Below are positions 31,129 to 41,063 of a stretch of DNA of 63,455 nt, piece by piece; within the stretch, counting starts at the first letter, position 1, and the number at the start of each line of letters is the position of its first letter. The notes below the pieces were generated by a model, which worked only from the letters and a program-made list of their open reading frames with translations, had not been told where the DNA came from and searched no databases. Source of the DNA: Flavobacteriaceae bacterium (GTDB lineage: Bacteria; Bacteroidota; Bacteroidia; Flavobacteriales; Weeksellaceae); assembly GCA_013333875.2 (NCBI GenBank), contig JABCOA020000021.1:1-63455 (forward strand). Direction: 5' to 3'. The position numbers and the translations under genes were made by a program.

Positions 31129-31830
31129 ATGAACGCAAAAGAGCACCAGGAACTTTTAGAAAAGTATATTTCATACGGAGGAAACCAGCGGATAACGGAA
31201 GCCTGCAGGAGGTTTTCCCTGCAGAATTTCGCAAAGCTGAAATATGAATTTTCTCGATTGAATAAGCCTGCAGAAGCGAAAGTTTCAGCTGAAATCCCAA
31301 CCGATAAACCAACAGACCAAGAGAGTGGAATTCCGAAAACAGAAGCGCCAAGAAAGATTTTCAATGATTTTATTTCAGATTATCCTGTAGAGCTTCATAA
31401 GGTTTTCCGTAAGCGCTGGGGGCTGTGGATGGAGGCTTGCTCCCTTAAAATTCAGCTCGGAGAACTTGCCCCTAAAGACGAAGACGAAGCCTTTGAGCTT
31501 CAGTGGAAAATTTGGAATTGTTTTAAAGAGTTTGACCAATGCCAAAAAGTGCTGAAACATTACAGAGAGCATAAGAGAATAATGCCTTTGGAAACTGAAA
31601 CCGATTTTGAGGGTATGAGCGAGCTGGAAATTTATAAATATCGGGACAATCTTAGGGCGCTGATTACAAGGAGGAAACAGACCATTAAGAAAATGGAAAA
31701 TTCCCTGCCTGCTCCCAAAGATCCAGAGTATAAGAGCCGACTGCACACGCTGAATCTAAAACGGGAACAACTCCAAGAAAAAGAAAACGAACTCATGGAA
31801 TGCGAAAAATTTTTGAATAATGGAAAATAA
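31129..31830 (+). CDS. hypothetical protein
   Basis: 233-aa ORF. Confidence 0.5.
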   Translation: MNAKEHQELLEKYISYGGNQRITEACRRFSLQNFAKLKYEFSRLNKPAEAKVSAEIPTDKPTDQESGIPKTEAPRKIFNDFISDYPVELHKVFRKRWGLWMEACSLKIQLGELAPKDEDEAFELQWKIWNCFKEFDQCQKVLKHYREHKRIMPLETETDFEGMSELEIYKYRDNLRALITRRKQTIKKMENSLPAPKDPEYKSRLHTLNLKREQLQEKENELMECEKFLNNGK

Positions 31831-33160
31831 AATACATGCTCCTTTGGAATGGTATACGGTTCAGAGGAAAGTAAAAGAGTTAGTGCCTTGTGATTTCAAT
31901 CCAAGACAAATAAATGATGCCGATATGAAAAAACTCCGAGAGAGCTTGGAGAAATTCAATTTGGTAGAAATTCCAGTCATTGACCTGGACAATACGCTGA
32001 TAGCAGGACACCAGAGAGTAGCTGCGTTGTTCGTGCTGGGGCGTGGTGAGGATAACATCGATGTAAGGATTCCAAACCGAAAGCTTACCGAGGAGGAATT
32101 CAAAGAATACATGCTCCGAAGTAATATCCATAATGGCGAATTTGATTGGGAAAAAATAGAGGAATTCTTTCAAGATTTAGACCTTGAAGGTATTGGAATG
32201 GATATGGGCGATTTTGATGAATTTTTGAAGCAGAACGCTGTGCTTCCGCCTGAAGAAGAGGGCGATTTTGATGCCTCGCTCCCTGAAAAAACGCAAAGCG
32301 TGGAGGGGGATTTATTCGAATTAGTTTCTAAAGATAAAAACATAAAGCATAGATTTTTGTGCGATAGTTCTACCGATTCAGAGAACTGGGCAAGGTTGCT
32401 TGGTGATGACAAACTGAACCTATTACTTACCGATCCACCGTATAATGTAGACTATCAAGGAGGAACGAAAGACAAACTAAAAATCAAGAATGACAAAATG
32501 AGCAATGATAATTTTTATCGTTTCTTGTATGATTTCTTTGTGAATAGTTATGTTTTTTCTCATGCTGGAGCACCTGCGTATGTGTTTTATTCGGATTCGG
32601 AGGCTATCAATTTCAGACAATCTATGCTGGATGCAGGGTATAAGATTTCCTCTACTTTGGTCTGGGTAAAAAATTCATTTGTATTAGGAAGGCTGGACTA
32701 TCATATGCAGCATGAACCTGTTATTTTCTGCGAAGAAACACAGCCGACAGAGATAGAAACACACCGTTCCCTGGTATATGGCTGGAATGCAGAAGGAGCT
32801 CATCCTTGGTATACGGACAGAAAGCAAAGTTCGATTTTAAGGTTTGACAAGCTGCAGCGAAACGCAGACCATCCTACGATGAAGCCTTTAGATTTAATGG
32901 GGTATTTGATAAAGAATTCCAGCAGGCAAGGGGAAATTGTAGGTGATGGCTTCTTAGGTTCTGGCTCTACCTTGATAGCTTGTGAGCAAAATTGGAGAGC
33001 GTGCAGAGGCTTTGAGCTGGACACGAGGTTTTCGGATGTTATTGTAAGACGGTGGGTGTCCTATATGAAAGAAAACGGATTGGCTTATGAAGTATGGAGG
33101 AACGGGAAACAGCTTACAGATACTGAGATAGAGCAATTTAATAAAAAGTCAGAGGAATAA
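31820..33160 (+). CDS. ParB/Srx N-terminal domain fused to a beta-class N4/N6 DNA methyltransferase
   Basis: ParB-like VPCDFNPRQ...LIAGHQR; motif IV TDPPYNV; motif I FLGSGST at the C-terminus. Confidence 0.85.
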   Translation: MENKIHAPLEWYTVQRKVKELVPCDFNPRQINDADMKKLRESLEKFNLVEIPVIDLDNTLIAGHQRVAALFVLGRGEDNIDVRIPNRKLTEEEFKEYMLRSNIHNGEFDWEKIEEFFQDLDLEGIGMDMGDFDEFLKQNAVLPPEEEGDFDASLPEKTQSVEGDLFELVSKDKNIKHRFLCDSSTDSENWARLLGDDKLNLLLTDPPYNVDYQGGTKDKLKIKNDKMSNDNFYRFLYDFFVNSYVFSHAGAPAYVFYSDSEAINFRQSMLDAGYKISSTLVWVKNSFVLGRLDYHMQHEPVIFCEETQPTEIETHRSLVYGWNAEGAHPWYTDRKQSSILRFDKLQRNADHPTMKPLDLMGYLIKNSSRQGEIVGDGFLGSGSTLIACEQNWRACRGFELDTRFSDVIVRRWVSYMKENGLAYEVWRNGKQLTDTEIEQFNKKSEE

Positions 33161-33176
33161 ACCTCTGATTTTTTTT
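33149..33176 (+). terminator. rho-independent terminator after the methyltransferase
   Basis: TCAGAGG / CCTCTGA stem followed by T8. Confidence 0.55.
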
Positions 33177-33265
33177 ATAAAAAAGTGAAAAAAGTTCATA
33201 AAATATTTGCATAATAGTATATAAATGTATATCTTTGTGGTGTTAAATTGATAAACGATAGTTCT

Positions 33266-33445
33266 ATGAAGTACAGCGCATTTTTTAGAGAAATTAGAAA
33301 AAAAGGTTGGTGGTTCTTAAGGCAGGGAAAGGGAAGCCACGAAATTTGGACAAACGGCAAAATAGAAGTAGCCATTCCCAATCACGGAGCGAAAGAATTG
33401 TCCAGCGGATTAGAAAAAGCATTAAGAAAACAAATGGGACTGTAA
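33266..33445 (+). CDS. hicA: HicA-family mRNA-interferase toxin
   Basis: MKYSAFFREIRKKGWWFLRQGKGSHEIW (GSH motif), 59 aa. Confidence 0.85.
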   Translation: MKYSAFFREIRKKGWWFLRQGKGSHEIWTNGKIEVAIPNHGAKELSSGLEKALRKQMGL

Positions 33446-33472
33446 AAAGTCCCATATTAAAAAAATAAAAAT

Positions 33473-33856
33473 ATGAAGACAATAAATGTAATAATAGAAA
33501 GAGCAAACGATGGAACATTCGGGGCTTATGCTGAAAATGTACCAGGAATCTATGGAGCAGGAGATGATGTAAAAGAAGTAAAACAAAGTATTCTTGATGG
33601 AATAGAAACGATGAAAGAAATTGGCAACTTTCCTTATAAAGAATACGAAATAAAGTATAAATTTGACACGGAGAGTCTTTTGCAATATTATAAAGGTATC
33701 TTGGGAAATCCTGCATTTGAAAAGATTACAGGTATCAATCAGAAGTTAATTCATCATTATGCTACTGGTTTAAAAAAACCTCGTGAAGCACAGCGCAAAA
33801 AAATTGAAGAAGGCTTACACGCTTTAGGAAGAGAACTTTTATCAATAGAACTATAA
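33473..33856 (+). CDS. hicB: HicB-family antitoxin with C-terminal HTH
   Basis: IERANDGTFGAYAENVPGIYGAGDDVKE N-terminal HicB fold; directly follows hicA. Confidence 0.8.
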   Translation: MKTINVIIERANDGTFGAYAENVPGIYGAGDDVKEVKQSILDGIETMKEIGNFPYKEYEIKYKFDTESLLQYYKGILGNPAFEKITGINQKLIHHYATGLKKPREAQRKKIEEGLHALGRELLSIEL

Positions 33857-33890
33857 GTATCAATTTAACACATTTACTTTATCTATTGTT

Positions 33891-33915
33891 GCCCTGCATT
33901 TGCAGGGCTTTTTTT
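33891..33915 (+). terminator. rho-independent terminator after hicB
   Basis: GCCCTGCA / TGCAGGGC stem followed by T7. Confidence 0.65.
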
Positions 33916-33954
33916 GTGTTTTGCTGTGAATTGGGGGTTTCTTATATTTGGAGC

Positions 33955-34527
33955 ATGGAATTGTCAAAATTCAAGAAAGACAGCAGTTTTCAGCGTATAA
34001 AAGCGAGTTACCTGGATGAGAGTTCAGTGGAACTGACCGAGCGTGAGGCAGAGAAGAAGAAGCGGATGAGCCACGCATGGTCACTGAGATTGAATAACAA
34101 ATACTCTACTTATCAAGTAATTCAGATACTAATGAGAGACCACGGGATTTCTCAGGCTTCGGCGTATCGTGAGTATAATATGTCCATGCAGATTTTTGGA
34201 GAGCTGGAGGCTACCACATTAGCAGCAGAACGACAAATACTGAAAGAGGCTTTCTGGAACGAATACCAGAAGGCTGTAAAGGCTGGCAACGGAGACCTTG
34301 CAGTTAAGGCATTAAAAGAGTATAAAGAAATATCTAATATTGATAAAAATGAAAACGAGATAGACCCTAATAAGATACAGGCGCATGAGTATAACATCAG
34401 AATGCCGAGAAGAATTTATAAGATGATGGATAAGGAGTTTGCGTATGGTGTAGTAGATTTTAATAATTTAGAAATCGAGGATGCAGAATTTAGGGAAGTA
34501 GAAGAAACGGAAGATGATGATGAATAG
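33955..34527 (+). CDS. terminase small subunit (by position)
   Basis: ATG after the terminator; overlaps the TerL start; acidic C-terminus. Confidence 0.4.
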   Translation: MELSKFKKDSSFQRIKASYLDESSVELTEREAEKKKRMSHAWSLRLNNKYSTYQVIQILMRDHGISQASAYREYNMSMQIFGELEATTLAAERQILKEAFWNEYQKAVKAGNGDLAVKALKEYKEISNIDKNENEIDPNKIQAHEYNIRMPRRIYKMMDKEFAYGVVDFNNLEIEDAEFREVEETEDDDE

Positions 34528-36046
34528 AGAGATTAGCAATTTGATAAAGCCACAGAAAGAGATTCTGCTCAATCCCATGCAGATGGCGGCAGTGTTGGCA
34601 AACCATCGTTATAAAATTCCTTATATCACAATAGAAGCAGCGAGGGGGTCGGGCAAGTCTACTGTATTGGGGTGGTTTTTAAAGGAAGCCGTGAGGCAGA
34701 TGCCACGCTCTACTGGTGTGATTGTGGGGGAGACCTTTGTGCAGATAAAGTCCAGAACCCTACCATCTACCAAGGAGGGGCTGGAGATGTTCGGGCTGTA
34801 TGAAGGTTATGACTATGTAGTGGGAAAGAGCGGTGTATCTATGGGATTCGAGCGACCATTCCAAGCGCCCGACAGCTGGAATAATGTAATTCATTTCAGA
34901 AATGGCGCCATTGCGGTGATGGTTTCGCTAGACAATCCCAATTCAGGAAGGGGGTTGAATTCTTATTGGGTAATGGGCGACGAGGCTGTATTGCTTACCT
35001 ACGACCGATTATTCAACAATGTTTTGACAACTAACAGGGCAAAGAAGGAAATATTCAAAGGTAAATCTATGCTTCATGCCGAGATATTCGTTTCTTCCGT
35101 GGCTATGACCAAGAAGGGGGAATGGTTTACTAATAGGGAGAAAATGGCAATAGAAAACCCAAAAGAATATACCTTTATCAAAGCATCTTCGAAAGTAAAT
35201 ATTCACAACCTAAAGTCTGGCTGGATAGAGAAGATGAGAAGAGAGGCACTCTCTAAGACTATGTTTGAAGCTGAGATACTGAACATCCGCCCTGGGAAGA
35301 TTGCGGACGGCTTCTATGCACAGCTGACCAAGAACCATTATTATAAGTATAAATACGATATTGATGCTTTGGGGGATTTGACAGAAAACTATGTGCCAAG
35401 CAGTAAGTATGACACTGACCTGGTGCGTGGTGTTCCGCTTCAATTCAATTTGGATTTTGGTGGAAGAATTAACTGCGGGACAGTATCGCAGTATTTAGAA
35501 AGCCAAGGAGAGATAAGATTCATCAAGGAGTTCTTTGCGAAGAACCCAGATAAACTTTCCGATATGGTTAAGCAGTTCATCGACTACTATAAACACCACC
35601 AATCCAGCTGTAATGTAGTGCATCTGTATCACGACCGCTCTGGTTACAAGTCCGAGGCGAACTCCAAGACTACATTGGCAGAAGATGTAGAGAATGCGCT
35701 CCGTTCGGCGGGTTGGATAGTGATTAACCAGACACCGAACACGAATAATCCCGAGCATATACAGAAATTCAGATTGATTAACGAAATTCTTTCCGAGCAG
35801 AATCCTCGGCTTCCTATTGTTAGGATAAATGAAAATCAGTGTCCTAATTTGATTATATCAATGGAGAATGCACCGCTGACAAGTGATGATGCCTTTAAGA
35901 AAGACAAGTCCTCCGAGCGAAGCAGTACAATTCCACAAGAACACGCCACTCACTTTTCGGATACGCTGGATTACTGTTTGTTTTGGCAGTTCGGTTATCT
36001 TTTGGATTACGATTACTCTGATTCCTTTATTATTACCAACATTTAA
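34514..36046 (+). CDS. terminase large subunit
   Basis: Walker A EAARGSGKST, Walker B-like WVMGDEA, 510 aa with C-terminal nuclease-sized domain. Confidence 0.85.
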   Translation: MMMNREISNLIKPQKEILLNPMQMAAVLANHRYKIPYITIEAARGSGKSTVLGWFLKEAVRQMPRSTGVIVGETFVQIKSRTLPSTKEGLEMFGLYEGYDYVVGKSGVSMGFERPFQAPDSWNNVIHFRNGAIAVMVSLDNPNSGRGLNSYWVMGDEAVLLTYDRLFNNVLTTNRAKKEIFKGKSMLHAEIFVSSVAMTKKGEWFTNREKMAIENPKEYTFIKASSKVNIHNLKSGWIEKMRREALSKTMFEAEILNIRPGKIADGFYAQLTKNHYYKYKYDIDALGDLTENYVPSSKYDTDLVRGVPLQFNLDFGGRINCGTVSQYLESQGEIRFIKEFFAKNPDKLSDMVKQFIDYYKHHQSSCNVVHLYHDRSGYKSEANSKTTLAEDVENALRSAGWIVINQTPNTNNPEHIQKFRLINEILSEQNPRLPIVRINENQCPNLIISMENAPLTSDDAFKKDKSSERSSTIPQEHATHFSDTLDYCLFWQFGYLLDYDYSDSFIITNI

Positions 36047-36330
36047 CATCTACAGGGTCTCCTCATTCCGAGGGGATTTTTTTGTTTTTGGCTTTCCAGC
36101 ATTTCGGGGAAGTCCCTTTCATATTTCGGTAAAAAATAAAACTGCAATTGTAGAAAAAACTAAGGCGGCTCGTGGGTTAATTCGCACGCTTTGAGAAAAA
36201 AACAAAAAATTCATAGGTTAATAGTTTGATAAACAAATGATTAGTTTCAAAATTTTGAGAAAGAGCCTTGTTTTTTGGTGTTTTTTAGTGTGTCTTTTAT
36301 ACTCTCGGGGTGTTGTTTGATATTTGCGGT

Positions 36331-36654
36331 ATGGAAAAAACGCTGTTTTTATCTGATGTTCTCACGGAAATGAAAAAAGTAGACGCCCGCAAAAATCCTG
36401 TTCCTTTTTCTCTAAAAATTAGAAGTTTTAACCTGCAAAATAAAACGGGGGGAAAATTGATAAGTTACGAGGAGGCGGTTCTGCTTCGTCCTCCTGCGAA
36501 AAAAGGGGCGGTAAGGCTGGCGGATGAAACACCTTTTAAAAATCCTAACCATTGGGAAAATCGCACCAGGAATATCAAACTAAAAAACGGCGAAATAAAG
36601 AAAATACATATTATTTTCATCGAGGAATTTAACGGCAAAAAGGTGGTTTTTTAA
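36331..36654 (+). CDS. hypothetical protein
   Basis: ATG at 36331 within ORF 36310..36654. Confidence 0.45.
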   Translation: MEKTLFLSDVLTEMKKVDARKNPVPFSLKIRSFNLQNKTGGKLISYEEAVLLRPPAKKGAVRLADETPFKNPNHWENRTRNIKLKNGEIKKIHIIFIEEFNGKKVVF

Positions 36655-36673
36655 TAAAAAAAAATAAATAAAA

Positions 36674-38014
36674 ATGCAGAAAATAGACATTAATACCTAT
36701 ATAGTAGGGGGTGATTCTGTGGTGAGTTTCAGTGGTGCTGCCAAAGGCGCCAGCGCAGAGCCTCACAGCGTTGCGAAAATAAACGCATCGGCTACGGATT
36801 CCAATAACTGGTGCAACTGGGGCGATGATAACCAATATCCTAAACGCCTGATGGAAAAGGTGGCGATGGTGGGCGCTGCTTTGGGTGGATTGGAGGTGCT
36901 TACTTCGGCACATTATGGGCTGGGGCTGAAGGTTTTCGAATTGATAGAAACTGAGGGCGATGCAGAGTTTAGGGAAAAAATTCCAAGCAGTGAGCCGAAT
37001 ATCTATGATTTTTTTGATAGAACGCAGTTTGATTTGGTATTGAGCGATTTGGTAGCGGATTTCGAGTGCTTCGGTATTGCTTTCCCAGAATTTCTGCTGA
37101 GTCCAAACGGCGAAGAAATTATTTCTGTATCGAGACAGCAGGCGGGGTTCTGTAGGTTCGAAAAGCCCAAAAACGGCATGATAGAAAATATCTACATCAA
37201 TTCTGCTTGGGGCGAAACGGATTTTAACGAAAAAGATACCATAAAGGTGCGATGCTTTGGGCAGAATTTGTCCATGCAGGAAATCAAGGACTACTGCAAG
37301 GCGAAGAAAATCGGCAAGTTAATTGTTCCGATTGTCAATACCTTGATGATAGAGAAAGTTTATCCATCAGTCGGTTGGCATTCTTCGTTCAAAAACGGCT
37401 GGATGGATGTAGTATTGTCCGTTCCAGAGCTGAAAAAACGAATGTTTGAGCAGCAGTTTAATTTTAAATATATGATTCATATCGCTGATGATTTCTTCAT
37501 TCATAGATATGGAAAGGATGAGTGGGCGAAGTTCGACAGCGAGTTGAAAAATAGATACCGAGAAGAGCTGGTAAACAGCATAGACAAAGAGATGACGGGG
37601 AATAAAGGAAGCGGAAAAAGTTTGATTTCTCCATTTTTTAGGGACAAAAACTCGGGAGAGCTGATAAAGGGAATTCAGATTGAGGAAATCAAGCAGACAC
37701 AGGCTGGCGGTGATTTTCTGCCCGATGCCAGCGCAGGAAACTCGGAGATTTTGTTCTCTATGGGGGTAGATCCAGCCCTGCTGGGAGCGGGTGTTCCTGG
37801 TGGAAAAAACTTGAGCGGTTCTGGTTCTGATAAACGGGAGGCATGGACGATTCTTTGTGCGAGACTTCCGAGGAAACACGCCCGAACGCTTTGGGTTTTT
37901 AGGCTAATTCAGAAATGGAATAACTGGAACAAAGACCTCGTGGCAAAATTCCCGAATATCAATCTGACAACTTTGGACAAAAACCCAAATGGACAAGTGG
38001 CAGTTAAGAATTAA
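36674..38014 (+). CDS. portal protein (by position and size)
   Basis: 446 aa, downstream of the terminase. Confidence 0.5.
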   Translation: MQKIDINTYIVGGDSVVSFSGAAKGASAEPHSVAKINASATDSNNWCNWGDDNQYPKRLMEKVAMVGAALGGLEVLTSAHYGLGLKVFELIETEGDAEFREKIPSSEPNIYDFFDRTQFDLVLSDLVADFECFGIAFPEFLLSPNGEEIISVSRQQAGFCRFEKPKNGMIENIYINSAWGETDFNEKDTIKVRCFGQNLSMQEIKDYCKAKKIGKLIVPIVNTLMIEKVYPSVGWHSSFKNGWMDVVLSVPELKKRMFEQQFNFKYMIHIADDFFIHRYGKDEWAKFDSELKNRYREELVNSIDKEMTGNKGSGKSLISPFFRDKNSGELIKGIQIEEIKQTQAGGDFLPDASAGNSEILFSMGVDPALLGAGVPGGKNLSGSGSDKREAWTILCARLPRKHARTLWVFRLIQKWNNWNKDLVAKFPNINLTTLDKNPNGQVAVKN

Positions 38015-38062
38015 ATTGCCAAAAGTAAAAGTTTCGTAATCAGTGCGGAAAATATAGTAACA

Positions 38063-38923
38063 ATGGAAAAAATAACAGAGCAGAAAGCCAGAGAGCTGGT
38101 GAGCTTTCCCAAGAATTTTGATTTTGAATTGATAGACCAGCAGTATGGATTTGAGAGAAAGATTTTCTCCTTGGTAGACAAAGAAGTATTCCAAGAGCTG
38201 GAAACCTCCAATCCAACGGCTTATAATAATTTGGTAACGGCGGGACTTCATTACAGCTTTGTTTTGTCGCTTCCGAGGATAAAGGTTCATCTGAGTAACT
38301 ATGGAATTAACCAATATGAGCAGGGAACGACCAAGAACGCCAGCTGGTGGGATGTTCGTGACTTGGCTTTGAGTTGGCTCAGAAAGGCAGATTTTTATTT
38401 AGCAAAAGCCTTGAATCTTTTGGCGGAAAAACAGGAATTGCCTTTTTTCAAGAGAAGTTTCTCGCTTCTGCCGTTTTCTGAAACGAGATATTACTTCGGA
38501 GAAATTTCTCCAGAGGTTTATTTGATGCTTTCAGATTTGATGCGTGGTGCTTTGGATGAGTTTCTTTCCAAAATGAAACCTTGTGAAGCAGATGTTCTTC
38601 TGGGCGATGATGTGCTGAAAAATTTAATAAAAAAATACTGTATTGATAAATCAAAAGCAGATGCCACAGCAGAGCAGGGCTATCTATTTACCAGTACAGG
38701 CATCGTGGTGCAGTATGAGGAATTGCCGTGGCAAAAGTCTGTAGTGCTTACAGATGAGGAAAAAATAAGATTCCAGGAAGGTCATCTGAGGGGAAGCGAA
38801 AGGTATCTTACGCAAATTTGGGACTATCTGAGCAAGAACAAGGACAATTTCCCTTGCTGGAATGCCGAGGACTCTCAGCTAAAAGTCCCTATCATCGCAA
38901 AAAAAGGAGGTCTTTTCTTGTAA
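38063..38923 (+). CDS. hypothetical structural protein
   Basis: 286-aa ORF after the portal gene. Confidence 0.45.
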   Translation: MEKITEQKARELVSFPKNFDFELIDQQYGFERKIFSLVDKEVFQELETSNPTAYNNLVTAGLHYSFVLSLPRIKVHLSNYGINQYEQGTTKNASWWDVRDLALSWLRKADFYLAKALNLLAEKQELPFFKRSFSLLPFSETRYYFGEISPEVYLMLSDLMRGALDEFLSKMKPCEADVLLGDDVLKNLIKKYCIDKSKADATAEQGYLFTSTGIVVQYEELPWQKSVVLTDEEKIRFQEGHLRGSERYLTQIWDYLSKNKDNFPCWNAEDSQLKVPIIAKKGGLFL

Positions 38924-38939
38924 TGTCTTGTCTTTTTTT

Positions 38940-38969
38940 AGCACCCTGCGGGGTGCTATTTTTGTTTTT
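38940..38969 (+). terminator. rho-independent terminator inside the morphogenesis region
   Basis: AGCACCC-TGCG-GGGTGCT hairpin followed by ATTTTTGTTTTT. Confidence 0.65.
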
Positions 38970-39575
38970 GTGATTACAGAAATACATACAGAAGATTTGC
39001 ATTATTGTCCAAGCACAGAAGTGTTTGGAGGTATTTTGGTGAGGCTCTACTACGCTTCTGTTTGGGACTTTGCGAAAATAGTTCTTCCCGAAGCGGAGGG
39101 CTACGAAGACAGCAGGAGAATTTCTAAGGGAAATATTTTACTCAAACACGGAAAAAGTCTAAAGGCTGTGGATGTTTATCTAGACCAAGGTTCTCTATCG
39201 GAGAAGGTCACTGGCAGTGCAAAGAGATGGAAGCAGATGAGCGAGCTTTCGTTTCAGCTGACAGGAATGACGCCTAGAAACCTTGGTTTTCTTTCCCAGA
39301 CGGGAAATTCTGGGTTGGTGTTTTTTGTCTCGGATAGTAATGGCAGAGTTTGGGTTCTGGGGAATCTTAGGAACGCTGCATACCTTACCAGCGGAGACGC
39401 TACTTCTGGGAAGAAATTCGAAGAGGATAATATGGTAAATTTCACTTTTTCAGCCAATACAGCGCTGTATGAATATGCAGGAAACATCGCAGAAATAGGA
39501 GAGATAGGAGAAAAGGAGGGAAAAAAACAAGTAGGAGGATTCTCCAGAGGATTTAGTAAAGGATTTAGAATATAA
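38970..39575 (+). CDS. virion structural protein, paralog B of 30219..30770
   Basis: GTG at 38970 just after the terminator; homologous to paralog A; Gly/Ser/Phe-rich C-terminal tail. Confidence 0.5.
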   Translation: MITEIHTEDLHYCPSTEVFGGILVRLYYASVWDFAKIVLPEAEGYEDSRRISKGNILLKHGKSLKAVDVYLDQGSLSEKVTGSAKRWKQMSELSFQLTGMTPRNLGFLSQTGNSGLVFFVSDSNGRVWVLGNLRNAAYLTSGDATSGKKFEEDNMVNFTFSANTALYEYAGNIAEIGEIGEKEGKKQVGGFSRGFSKGFRI

Positions 39576-39581
39576 AGGACT

Positions 39582-40583
39582 ATGAGTAATTTAACAACAT
39601 TAGAAGAAATCAACCAACTTCTTCCCGATAATAATAACGGAGAAATTACAGAAGCAAACATCCGAAAATGTTTTGAGAAGACTTTTATTGAATTAGATAG
39701 AAAGGTAGATGGCGGAGCAATTGGGAATATGCATAGTGTAATTCAATACAAGGCAAGTATAGATGCTTCTAATATTGAAGCTGACAAGTTTTATGAAGCA
39801 ATAAAACCATTTATTCCAGCATCCAGCGGAGGAGGAACAGCTGATATATCCAAAGCAGAAGTCACAAAAATGCTGAATGATGTGATAATAGGTGGGGAAA
39901 ATTTAGTGAAAAACACTCTAACTCCTATGCTTGGTGCTAATGATACAGGAACAGGAACTTCTGTGGTTATGGAAGATGCAACAGGAAAGTTTACAAGAGT
40001 TACTCCAGCCAGTGGAAAGGCTGTTTCTCTGTATGGGTTTAGAATAGAAGGTTCTAATGATGGATTTTACTCCAAATCCATTGATGTTCGGCACTCACAC
40101 TCTGGAGCTGTGATGATTTGGAACAAGAGTATTCCACCAAATAAATGGACAAGAATAAAACTGGAAAAAGCCACAGATAGCGAATTTTTCTTGTTGTCTA
40201 TGACTACTCCAAATGTGCCTTTGGATATCAGAAAACTGAAAATAGAACATGGCACGAAGGCTACCGACTGGCGCCCGAATACCGATGAAATAATGGTAAC
40301 TGTTTCAGCTTCAAAAATTGATAATGTATTTAATCAAAATGACCTGACAATTATTGGAGAAAATAATGGGTCTAATGATAGAGCAATATACAATATCCCT
40401 AACTTGGATTCTATCACAGCGATTCTTGACCTTCATTTTATTTTTTCAGACGGAACAAGTGTGGCATTACAGGGGGCAAAATCGGTAATGCTTTCCAGTG
40501 GCAAAAAGGGTATTCCTTTCCACAGCAGCATTGCAAACGGAAAGAATATTTCAAAAGTTTATTTACGAGCAATTTTAAAATAA
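39582..40583 (+). CDS. tail-fibre / receptor-binding-like protein (tentative)
   Basis: N-terminus NLTTLEEINQLLPDNNNGEITEANIRK typical of fibre proteins; beta-rich C-terminal part. Confidence 0.35.
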   Translation: MSNLTTLEEINQLLPDNNNGEITEANIRKCFEKTFIELDRKVDGGAIGNMHSVIQYKASIDASNIEADKFYEAIKPFIPASSGGGTADISKAEVTKMLNDVIIGGENLVKNTLTPMLGANDTGTGTSVVMEDATGKFTRVTPASGKAVSLYGFRIEGSNDGFYSKSIDVRHSHSGAVMIWNKSIPPNKWTRIKLEKATDSEFFLLSMTTPNVPLDIRKLKIEHGTKATDWRPNTDEIMVTVSASKIDNVFNQNDLTIIGENNGSNDRAIYNIPNLDSITAILDLHFIFSDGTSVALQGAKSVMLSSGKKGIPFHSSIANGKNISKVYLRAILK

Positions 40584-40601
40584 TCAATAAAAAATAAAAT
40601 C

Positions 40602-41060
40602 ATGAATCATTGTATTTCAGTAAAAACTAACAAAGAGTTTTTCTTCGGAGGAGCGAAGATAGGGTTTATCAAAATGACCATAGACAGTATAACTAACTTA
40701 CCTAAAGAAAGAAAATACAACTTGGTTATTACCGACAGCTGTTATAAAGAAGTTAGCGAAAGGCAGCCATTTGCTCAAGAAGACGGAAGCGTAGAAATGA
40801 GAGATGTAATAATTCAGAGAGAGATAGGCTCTATTGTAAGGGAAGACTTGTCTTTTGGCTACGAGCAGTTAAATGCTTTGGCTCAAGTTTTAAAAATTGA
40901 CAAGAGCCAATTTGAATCAGAAACAGACTATATCAATGAACTATTCAGACAGGGGCTTTATGTAGTGACAATTCAAGAATGCAAACAGGGACTACTTGGG
41001 GTAAAAGGAAAAGGAAGATATCAAACGGAAGCAGCCGATTGGTCTATAGTAAGAGAATAA
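40602..41060 (+). CDS. hypothetical protein
   Basis: 152-aa ORF. Confidence 0.45.
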   Translation: MNHCISVKTNKEFFFGGAKIGFIKMTIDSITNLPKERKYNLVITDSCYKEVSERQPFAQEDGSVEMRDVIIQREIGSIVREDLSFGYEQLNALAQVLKIDKSQFESETDYINELFRQGLYVVTIQECKQGLLGVKGKGRYQTEAADWSIVRE

Positions 41061-41063
41061 GAT

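Noticed and set aside
35883-36194. 103-aa + strand ORF overlapping the end of the terminase large subunit gene
   Set aside because: It lies out of frame within terL and continues through a hairpin/T-run region. It has no motif.
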